Positions 47,258-54,355 of a DNA stretch of 54,355 bases are shown here, piece by piece. The translations under genes were made by a program, and so were the position numbers. The notes under the pieces were generated by a model. It made no database searches. It saw only the letters and a program-made list of their open reading frames with translations, and was not told the DNA's origin. The DNA is from an uncultured Clostridia bacterium (lineage in GTDB: Bacteria > Bacillota > Clostridia > Christensenellales > UBA1242): NCBI GenBank assembly GCA_944383335.1, contig CALWPD010000004.1:1-54355 (forward strand). Reading direction: 5' to 3'. Every line of letters begins with the position of its first letter. The stretch's first letter is position 1.

Positions 47258-49774
47258 ATGGAAAAACTTTTAGTAATAGATGGTAATAGTCTTGTGAATA
47301 GAGCATTTTATGCTTTGCCACTTTTAACAAATAAAGACGGAGAATATTCAAACGCTGTTTATGGCTTTGTTAATATTTTAGTTAAATGTATATCGGAAAT
47401 AAAGCCAGAATATATTTGTGTTGCTTTTGATCATTCAAGGCACACGTTTAGAACTGATATGTATGCAGAATATAAAGGGACAAGAAAAGATATGCCTTCT
47501 GAACTTAAAAGTCAAATGCCACTTTTAAAATCCCTTTTGAATTTGATGAATATTAAAATTTTTGAAGTCGCAAATGTTGAGGCGGATGATATTATTGGTA
47601 CTGTGGTTAAACATAGCGGTGTAAAGAATATTATAATCTCAGGTGATAGAGATGTTTTGCAACTTATTGATGGAAATACAGAAGTTTGGCTTACAAAAAA
47701 GGGAATTTCAGATGTAGAAAAGATAAATTTGGAGAATATTAAGGATGAGTTTGGAATTAGTCCAAGCCAAATTATAGACTTAAAAGCACTAATGGGTGAT
47801 AGTTCTGACAATATCCCTGGCGTTGCTGGAATAGGCTCGGTTACGGCCACGTCATTATTGAAACAGTACGTAACACTAGATAACATATATGCCAATATAG
47901 ACAAAATAACGGGTAAACTAAACGAAAAGCTTGCAGTAGGGAAAAATAATGCATATCTTTCATACAAACTTGCAACAATAAACACAAATTGTGATTTAGA
48001 TGTAAATATCCAACATTTTAAATATGATTTTCCTTTTAATGCAAAAGTTAAAGAATTTTTTGAAAAGTATCAATTTAGGTCGCTTCTTAGAAGGCAAGAA
48101 TTATTTTCGGAAAATGCTAACAATTTGCAATCTTCAGTCCGGAAAATAAAAGAGAATCGTATTGAATTAAAAGATGAAAACCATTTAAAAGAAATTTTAA
48201 ATGGAAAAATAGATTATTTAGCCTTTGATTTTCTAAAAGATATTGAGTTTGCGATAAATGATGAAGCAGTTTATTTTTTGTCATTGCAAGGAAATCTTTT
48301 TTCAACCATTGACGAGAGTGTTGTTTTGAAATATTTGAAACCCATTATTACTGATGAAAATATAATAAAAATAACATATGATTTAAAAGAGCATATGCAT
48401 AAAAATGATTTATTTTTAAACATCAAAGGAGAAGTTTTTGATATCAGTATTGCTCTTTATCTTATTCATGCAGGAGAAAAAATAGGCAAGGATATTATAA
48501 CGCAAGAATTTGGACTTTTGAGACAGGATTTGTTAAAACAAATGCAAAATTTAGGATTAATGTTTGTATATAATAATATTGAAATACCTTTAACATATGT
48601 GCTTTATAAAATGGAAAAGAATGGATTTTATATTAATTGCAAATATTTAACGGAATTAAATGAAAAATATAAAAACGAATTAAGTTTAATTCAATCACAA
48701 ATCTATGGTTATGCTAGTAAAGAGTTTAATTTAAATTCACCAAAACAAGTAGCGAGTATACTTTTTGATGAGCTGAAACTAAGCGATTATAACAATAAAA
48801 AACATTCAACAAGTAGTGAACATTTAAATTTACTTGTTGATAAACATCCTATTGTTTCTTTATTTATGAAATATCGAAAAATCCAAAAATTAGTTAGTGG
48901 ATATTTGGAGCCTTATACAAAGCTTGTTACTGAAAAAGGTGAATGCATTCACACTATATTTAATCAAACTCTAACCGCAACAGGAAGACTTTCTTCCAGT
49001 GAGCCTAATTTACAAAATTTACCGATAAGAGAAGAAGACGGAAGGAATCTTCGCAGACTTTTTATTTCAAGATTTCAAGATGGATGTATTGTCTCAGCAG
49101 ATTATAATCAAATAGAGCTTAGACTTTTAGCATCTTTTTCGAATGATGAGCATTTGATTGATGCATATTTAAATGGGGAAGATATCCACAGAGCTACTGC
49201 CGCAAGAATATTTGGGAAAGCATTGTGTGAAGTTACACAAAGTGAAAGGACATCTGCAAAGGCTGTCAATTTTGGAATTGTGTACGGAATCAGCCCATTT
49301 GGTTTATCAAATCAACTTGGTATATCTACAAAGGAAGCGAAAATTTTTATGGATAAATATCATTTCACTTATCCAAATGTTGCATCATATATGCAAAAAA
49401 ATATAGACTCAGCAAGAGCAAGCGGTATGAGTAGGACTATGTATGGTAGAATAAGGAAAATAAATGAGATACATTCTTTAAATAAAAATATTCAACAATT
49501 TGGCGAAAGGGTAGCAATGAATATGCCACTTCAAGGTAGTGCATCTGATATTATAAAGCTTGCAATGATAAAAGTGGATAGGCAGTTGATGCAAAAAAAA
49601 CTTAAATCAAAATTGATTTTACAAATTCATGATGAATTAATTGTTGATTGTGCCAAAGATGAAGAACAAATTGTTAAAGATATATTGAAGTCATGTATGG
49701 AAAATGTTGCAAAACTTAAAGTACCACTCGTTGTAAGTATAGGTAGTGGCAAAACTTGGTATGATGCAAAATAA
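47258..49774 (+). CDS. polA: DNA polymerase I
   Basis: 5'-3' exo motifs (IDGNSL..RAFYA, EADD, GD.SDNIPG), motif A DYNQIELR, motif B KAVNFGIVYG, motif C QIHDEL. Confidence 0.97.
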   Translation: MEKLLVIDGNSLVNRAFYALPLLTNKDGEYSNAVYGFVNILVKCISEIKPEYICVAFDHSRHTFRTDMYAEYKGTRKDMPSELKSQMPLLKSLLNLMNIKIFEVANVEADDIIGTVVKHSGVKNIIISGDRDVLQLIDGNTEVWLTKKGISDVEKINLENIKDEFGISPSQIIDLKALMGDSSDNIPGVAGIGSVTATSLLKQYVTLDNIYANIDKITGKLNEKLAVGKNNAYLSYKLATINTNCDLDVNIQHFKYDFPFNAKVKEFFEKYQFRSLLRRQELFSENANNLQSSVRKIKENRIELKDENHLKEILNGKIDYLAFDFLKDIEFAINDEAVYFLSLQGNLFSTIDESVVLKYLKPIITDENIIKITYDLKEHMHKNDLFLNIKGEVFDISIALYLIHAGEKIGKDIITQEFGLLRQDLLKQMQNLGLMFVYNNIEIPLTYVLYKMEKNGFYINCKYLTELNEKYKNELSLIQSQIYGYASKEFNLNSPKQVASILFDELKLSDYNNKKHSTSSEHLNLLVDKHPIVSLFMKYRKIQKLVSGYLEPYTKLVTEKGECIHTIFNQTLTATGRLSSSEPNLQNLPIREEDGRNLRRLFISRFQDGCIVSADYNQIELRLLASFSNDEHLIDAYLNGEDIHRATAARIFGKALCEVTQSERTSAKAVNFGIVYGISPFGLSNQLGISTKEAKIFMDKYHFTYPNVASYMQKNIDSARASGMSRTMYGRIRKINEIHSLNKNIQQFGERVAMNMPLQGSASDIIKLAMIKVDRQLMQKKLKSKLILQIHDELIVDCAKDEEQIVKDILKSCMENVAKLKVPLVVSIGSGKTWYDAK

Positions 49775-49831
49775 AGTGTGTTTTTTGTTGATTAAATTGT
49801 TGATTGTTGGTAAAATAACCATGAGGAGGGA

Positions 49832-50314
49832 ATGATGAAAAAGAAAAGATTAATTACAAATATTGTTGCGGCTGGACTCGTTTTGGTGGCATTTGTTGGT
49901 GTTTTTCTTAATATGTGGACTTTATATACAAAAAATGAAATATTGAACCAAACGAAAGTTCTTGGAAATATCACTATTTTTGAGAACAATTTTCCAAACG
50001 ATGCCATATTTGGGACTATTTGTGAAGTTTTATTGATAATTGCACTTGTTTTGGGTTGTTTGTATGTAATTTGTTATCTTTTGGGCTTTGTTGGCATCGG
50101 TAAGATAAATTGGAACAAAGTTCTCAAACTTGTCGCTTTACTTGAAATTTTAATTGCTTTGGTTGCTATAATTTTTGGTATAATATTTTGCGTTTTACAA
50201 AGCAATATTAATGAATATTTATCAACAATATTGATTCCAAATATCGGTTTCTATATGCTGGCATTGGGCACGCTTTTATCGGGCGTAGTCGGAGTGTTTG
50301 CAAATAGGAAATAA
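49832..50314 (+). CDS. Hypothetical 4-TM membrane protein
   Basis: GAGGAGG SD and four hydrophobic segments. Confidence 0.7.
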   Translation: MMKKKRLITNIVAAGLVLVAFVGVFLNMWTLYTKNEILNQTKVLGNITIFENNFPNDAIFGTICEVLLIIALVLGCLYVICYLLGFVGIGKINWNKVLKLVALLEILIALVAIIFGIIFCVLQSNINEYLSTILIPNIGFYMLALGTLLSGVVGVFANRK

Positions 50315-50322
50315 TGATTCTT

Positions 50323-50352
50323 AAAAAACTTGCCTTAATGGCAAGTTTTTTT
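50323..50352. terminator. Bidirectional terminator
   Basis: AAAAAACTTGCC-TTAAT-GGCAAGTTTTTT between convergent genes. Confidence 0.85.
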
Positions 50353-51475
50353 AAAGTTTGGATATTTGTTTAATTGCTCGAATGAATTTTTCGCATTCTG
50401 TAAAAGTATTAAAATATGAAAGTGATGCTCGTACAACACCTTGTTCCAAAGTGTTTAAAAATCTATGTTTAAGTCCGGCGCAATGAAGTCCGCCTCGCAC
50501 ACATATGCCATATTTGTCATTTAATATTTGGCTCACTTCTGTGGAACCAAAATCTTTGATATTAAAACCAATTACTCCATAAGAATTATTGGGATGAGTG
50601 TAAACCTTCACACCATTTATTTGACTTAATTCAAAATTTAAATACGTTGACAAGTCGTCGATTTTTGAATTTATTTCGTCAAAATGACTTTTTACAAACT
50701 CAATTCCAGCTCCAAGTCCTAAAATGTTTGGTGTAGGCAAAGTACCACTTTCAAATCTTTCAAGCGATGTCGTTGGTTGATATAAATTTTCGCCCTCTGT
50801 ACCAGTTCCACCAAATCGAATCGGTTTTAAATCCACATTATTTGAGAAGCCTAGGACTCCAATACCTTGTGGTGAATAAAGTCCTTTGTGTGGAGCAAGC
50901 GCAAGCATATCTATGTTGCAATGTTTCATGTTGAGTTTTAAATGGCCAGCACTTTGTGCACCATCAACTAAAAACAATATATTTTTTTCTTTGCAGAATT
51001 TTCCAATGTTTTCAATATCTGCAATTTCTCCATCAACATTGGACATATTATTTACACAAACTAGATATGTGTTTTCTTTATAGTGCTTAGAAATGTCTTC
51101 CATGGTCAAAGTGCCGGGTTTTGAAGGTGTTGCGACAGAGATTTGTATATTATGTTTTTTTGCCATTTCAAATATAGGTCGTGTACTTGCATTATGATCA
51201 TTTGAAGTACAAATAATATGTCCACCGTTTTTTATTGTGCCCAAGATTGCAAGGTTAAGGGCGTCAGTGCAGTTTTCTGTATAAACTACATTATCGGCAT
51301 TGATGAAGTTTTTGATACATTCTCGGATAGATTCAACTTTATTTGCACACATCATGCTAAGTTTGTGCCCACTGCGTCCGGGGTTTGCACTGTACTTTGT
51401 TAATCCTTCTAAAACTGCGTTTATAACTTCCTTTGGCTTTACCATTGTGGTTGCACTGTTATCAAAATATATCAT
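50351..51475 (-). CDS. Class V PLP aminotransferase / cysteine desulfurase family protein
   Basis: YFDNSATT, NPGRSGH, DGAQSAG, HKGL..PQG.G, FESGT, VRGGLHCA. Confidence 0.92.
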   Translation of the reverse strand: MIYFDNSATTMVKPKEVINAVLEGLTKYSANPGRSGHKLSMMCANKVESIRECIKNFINADNVVYTENCTDALNLAILGTIKNGGHIICTSNDHNASTRPIFEMAKKHNIQISVATPSKPGTLTMEDISKHYKENTYLVCVNNMSNVDGEIADIENIGKFCKEKNILFLVDGAQSAGHLKLNMKHCNIDMLALAPHKGLYSPQGIGVLGFSNNVDLKPIRFGGTGTEGENLYQPTTSLERFESGTLPTPNILGLGAGIEFVKSHFDEINSKIDDLSTYLNFELSQINGVKVYTHPNNSYGVIGFNIKDFGSTEVSQILNDKYGICVRGGLHCAGLKHRFLNTLEQGVVRASLSYFNTFTECEKFIRAIKQISKL

Positions 51476-51527
51476 ATAGTAATATGATATGAAATAATAT
51501 CAAAAGTTGACTACAAAGGAGGATATA

Positions 51528-51788
51528 ATGGATTACTATATTGTAGTTTTTCGTGCAAGGTCGCATACAATTAATTTTGCAAACTTACTCAGTTCATATA
51601 AAGTTCAATGTCAAATAGTAAATACTCCACGAAAAGTCAATGTTTCATGCGGAATTTCTGTCAAATTTTCGCCAAAGGATCTAATAATTGTTGAGAAATT
51701 GTTGTCAAGGCGTAACTTTGATACTTTTGGTGGTATATATCATATTATGGGTATGGGAGATATGCAACGAGTGATAAGATTGAAATAA
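51528..51788 (+). CDS. DUF3343-family protein
   Basis: 'F...SH.......L', 'IVNTPR.V.VSCGIS.KF'. AGGAGG SD before ATG 51528. Divergent from the desulfurase gene. Confidence 0.8.
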   Translation: MDYYIVVFRARSHTINFANLLSSYKVQCQIVNTPRKVNVSCGISVKFSPKDLIIVEKLLSRRNFDTFGGIYHIMGMGDMQRVIRLK

Positions 51789-51842
51789 TTGACATGTTCC
51801 TGGTATTTTTGTATAATGTTCAGAAATATTAGGAGTAAAAAA

Positions 51843-53045
51843 ATGGCAGAATTATTGGCACCTGCGGGCACTTTTGAAAAAATGGAAACGGCATTTAGAT
51901 TTGGAGCCGATGCGGTTTATTTTGCGGGTAAAAAATTTGGACTTAGAGCTTTTGCTGGAAATTTCTCAGATAATGAAATTGAAGAAGCAACGCGCTATGC
52001 ACATAATATAGGCAAAAAAGTATATATAACAATAAATATTTTGGCCCACGAAAGCGACTTTAATGGATTAAAAGAATACTTGGATGAATTGGTTAAGTAC
52101 AAAGTTGATGCAGTCATTGTTTCAGATCTTGGCATTATTGAGTTTATTCGAAATTATGCACCTACACTTACAATTCATGTAAGCACTCAAGCTAATATAC
52201 TAAACAGTTATGCTATTAACTTTTTAGCCAAAATGGGTGTTAAACGCATAATTTTGGCTAGAGAACTATCCATTGATGAAATTAAACAAATTAAAGCCAA
52301 AATATCAAAAGATATAGAGCTTGAAGCATTTGTTCATGGTGCAATGTGTATTGCATATAGTGGTAGATGTTTGCTTTCAAACTATTTAACAGGGAGAGAT
52401 GCCAATCGTGGCGCTTGTGCTCAGGCTTGTAGGTGGGAGTACACAATCACTGAGAAATCTCGCAAAGGAGATCAGTATCCAATAGAAGAAGACAACAGAG
52501 GAACATATATCTTAAACTCAAAAGATTTAATGATGATTGAACATCTTTCCGAGCTTGAAAGCGCGGGCATAACAAGTTTTAAGATCGAAGGAAGAATGAA
52601 ATCTCCTTATTATGTAGCCAACGTTGTAAATGCATATAGGCGTGCATTGGATAAAGGGAAACTGAGTCATGAAGATCTAAACATGTTAAAGAATGAACTA
52701 CAAAAGTCAAGCCACAGGAAATACACTACTGGTTTTTACCTTGGTGCAAATGACAAAGAGTGTTTAAAATCTTCTTCGCCAATTCAGTCCTATGAATATA
52801 TGGCTTATGTTATAGGAGATAGTGATGGTGAGAAAACTCTTATTGAACAAAGAAATCGATTCAAAATAGGAGATGAACTTGAAGTCTTGTCGCCAACTGA
52901 TTGCTTTAACAAAATTATAAAATTGGAAAAGATGACTGATATAAATGGCTGTGATGTATTGGATGCAAAAATTGTTCAACAGAAATTATATATTTATACA
53001 GACTTGCCACTAGAAAAAGGTGATATATTAAGAAAAAAAATATAG
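51843..53045 (+). CDS. U32 family peptidase-like protein (probable tRNA hydroxylation, TrhP/YrrO-like)
   Basis: ELLAPAG, GADAVY, HVSTQAN, LARELS, HGAMCIAYSGRC...NRG.CAQ.CR, KIEGRMKS. Confidence 0.93.
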   Translation: MAELLAPAGTFEKMETAFRFGADAVYFAGKKFGLRAFAGNFSDNEIEEATRYAHNIGKKVYITINILAHESDFNGLKEYLDELVKYKVDAVIVSDLGIIEFIRNYAPTLTIHVSTQANILNSYAINFLAKMGVKRIILARELSIDEIKQIKAKISKDIELEAFVHGAMCIAYSGRCLLSNYLTGRDANRGACAQACRWEYTITEKSRKGDQYPIEEDNRGTYILNSKDLMMIEHLSELESAGITSFKIEGRMKSPYYVANVVNAYRRALDKGKLSHEDLNMLKNELQKSSHRKYTTGFYLGANDKECLKSSSPIQSYEYMAYVIGDSDGEKTLIEQRNRFKIGDELEVLSPTDCFNKIIKLEKMTDINGCDVLDAKIVQQKLYIYTDLPLEKGDILRKKI

Positions 53046-53062
53046 AATTTGAAAAAAAACCT

Positions 53063-53096
53063 AAAAAAATGCACCATCCAAGTGATGCATTTTTTT
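53063..53096. terminator. Bidirectional terminator
   Basis: AAAAAAATGCA...TGCATTTTTTT between the U32 gene and the tRNAs. Confidence 0.75.
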
Positions 53097-53099
53097 GAT

Positions 53100-53176
53100 T
53101 GGTGGGCTTGGAGGAATTCGAATCCCCGACCTTTGCCTTAGAAGGGCACTGCTCTATCCAACTGAGCTACAAACCC
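53100..53176 (-). tRNA. tRNA-Arg (anticodon UCU)
   Basis: Reverse complement GGGTTTGTAGCTCAGTTGGATAGAGCAGTGCCCTTCTAAGGCAAAGGTCGGGGATTCGAATTCCTCCAAGCCCACCA folds as a cloverleaf. CCA is encoded. Confidence 0.95.
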
Positions 53177-53189
53177 ATGTGGTGGATGG

Positions 53190-53263
53190 TGGAGCGGGTG
53201 AAGGGAATCGGACCCTCGCGACCAGCTTGGAAGGCTGGGACTCTACCACTGAGCTACACCCGC
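53190..53263 (-). tRNA. tRNA-Gly (anticodon UCC)
   Basis: Reverse complement GCGGGTGTAGCTCAGTGGTAGAGTCCCAGCCTTCCAAGCTGGTCGCGAGGGTCCGATTCCCTTCACCCGCTCCA folds as a cloverleaf. CCA is encoded. Confidence 0.95.
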
Positions 53264-53280
53264 ACATAAAAACATATAAC

Positions 53281-53309
53281 ATTTTAGCATAAGTAATATT
53301 TCTTGTCAA
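53281..53309 (-). promoter_or_regulatory. sigmaA promoter of the tRNA pair
   Basis: TTGACA-17-TAAAAT with an extended TG on the minus strand. Confidence 0.8.
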
Positions 53310-53361
53310 CGAATTTGTAAAAAATATTTACTTATGATTGTATGTGTGCTAATATCATAAC

Positions 53362-53691
53362 ATGACTAAGTTGTTTTCAAAAAATGATAATAGTTTTATT
53401 TGCGAAAATTGTCATACATTAGTAAATAAACTAGGTTACACATCACGAGATCATTGTTCAAGATGTTTATGTAGTAAACATGTTGATATTATGCCGGGTG
53501 ATAGAAAAAATGAATGCCGAGGGTTGATGGTTCCTATTTCTTGTACAATTTCTGCAAAAAAAGGTTATATCATTACTTACAAGTGTACAAAATGTGGGGC
53601 TGTCCATAACAATAAAGCAGCAAGTGATGATGATTTTAAAGTTATAATGTCCGTGATGAATGGTACATATGATAAAATGTTTATAAATTAA
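53362..53691 (+). CDS. RNHCP domain-containing protein
   Basis: 'F.CENC...V......RDHCSRCLCSKHVD..PGDR...C.GLM.P...C.KCG...N..A.DD'. Confidence 0.9.
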   Translation: MTKLFSKNDNSFICENCHTLVNKLGYTSRDHCSRCLCSKHVDIMPGDRKNECRGLMVPISCTISAKKGYIITYKCTKCGAVHNNKAASDDDFKVIMSVMNGTYDKMFIN

Positions 53692-53775
53692 GAAAAAGCG
53701 ACAAAATTCAAAAAATTATATATGTTCTATAATGTTACTTTAGTTATTGAAAGCGTGAATTTGTAATTTTGAACG

Positions 53776-54080
53776 TTTATTAGTTATTTCAAGTATTTTT
53801 TAGTTGTTATTGGGTATTTGCATATATTATGAGTATTTTTTAGATGTTTTAAGTTTATTTCAAGCTTTTTGAATATTTTTTAGTTTATTTAAGATTTTTT
53901 TTGTACTATTAATTTCTTTTTGTTCTTAATCAGTTATTCTTAAGATTATTGAGTAATTTTAAGTTTATTTGGTTTTTTATAAATTATCTAGTCATTCTTA
54001 TGATTATTAATTCTTTATTAAGTTTTTTTGATTATTTTAAGTACTTTTCAGTTATTTTAATCTTCTTTAGTCATTCCTAG
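53776..54080. repeat. Degenerate T-rich tandem tract, ~10-bp period (consensus ~AGTTATTTTA)
   Basis: Consecutive units such as agttatttca agtatttttt agttgttatt ... agatgtttta agtttatttc ... agttattctt ... agtaatttta agtttatttg ... agtcattctt ... agtacttttc agttatttta. No ORF in the track. Confidence 0.65.
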
Positions 54081-54093
54081 CAAATCTTAAACT

Positions 54094-54355
54094 GTCATTC
54101 TGAGCGAAGCGAAGAATCTCTAACCATTGAGATCCTTCGTCAGCCGTCAAGGAAGCAATTCTCAGGATGACACACCACACATTGTCATTCTGAGACGGAC
54201 CAGAAGAGCGTCGACCAACGAAGAATCTCATGGGGCCCTTCGCATACTCTCAGGGCGACTAAAATATCGTGGTTCCAAAAAATACTCGTATAAAGTTTGA
54301 CTATACGAGTATTTTTCGTATATACTAAACATGACACATGAGGCCCTTCGCATGG
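54094..54355. repeat. Mosaic array B of GTCA/CGTC-type palindromic repeats, running off the window
   Basis: Plus 54094-54120 (GTCATTCTGAGCGAAGCGAAGAATCTC), minus 54129-54171, plus 54184-54229, minus 54232-54259, palindrome 54277-54316, and a further unit starting at ~54340. Confidence 0.88.

Noticed and set aside
48100-48560. Short middle domain of PolA as a deletion or pseudogene
   Set aside because: The frame is intact and all polymerase motifs are present. A vestigial 3'-5' exonuclease domain is normal in Firmicutes.
53095-53292. 65-aa ORF on the plus strand
   Set aside because: It is antisense to two clear tRNA genes.
54094-54355. CRISPR array interpretation of the repeat clusters (also 11896-12138)
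   Set aside because: Units alternate in orientation, inter-unit gaps are only ~2-17 nt, loops are shared between loci rather than unique, and no cas genes are present.
1-54355. Complete DGR, prophage, ICE or IS element in the window
   Set aside because: No reverse transcriptase, template repeat, integrase, transposase or phage structural genes, and no duplicated tRNA 3' end (att site) was seen.

Overview
A low-GC chromosomal segment from a spore-forming Clostridia-like bacterium, probably an uncultured lineage with a reduced genome (inference). The backbone is housekeeping genes: tkt, hpf, a NitT/TauT ABC transporter, pta-ackA, rpmF-plsX-rnc-smc-ftsY, nifJ, truA, rplM-rpsI, trxB, nrdR, feoAB, der-plsY, polA, a U32 protein, and tRNA-Arg and tRNA-Gly. 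Sporulation-type genes (yjzC, ykvI-like, ylbJ, ylmC/ymxH) are interspersed. I found no integrase, transposase, reverse transcriptase, cas or phage genes. The most unusual signals are non-coding. (1) A surface-protein gene with a DUF6273-like C-terminus (30732-32555) sits behind a promoter with a G15 tract between -35 and -10, giving a 21-bp spacer (predicted OFF), and three perfect tandem Spo0A boxes lie upstream. (2) An orphan copy of that promoter module (12171-12227) has no surface gene behind it and lies next to a mosaic array of GTCA-type palindromic repeats. (3) The same repeat unit types recur in shuffled order at the window end (54094-54355), after a ~300-bp T-rich tract with ~10-bp periodicity. 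(4) A 5'-truncated BspA-type LRR gene at the window start has repeats whose variable stretch differs only at codon positions 1-2. Together these suggest a dispersed, repeat-associated, phase-variable surface-protein system (hypothesis). Also noted: several apparently leaderless genes, three apparent pseudo-enzymes, and non-canonical T-arms in both tRNAs.
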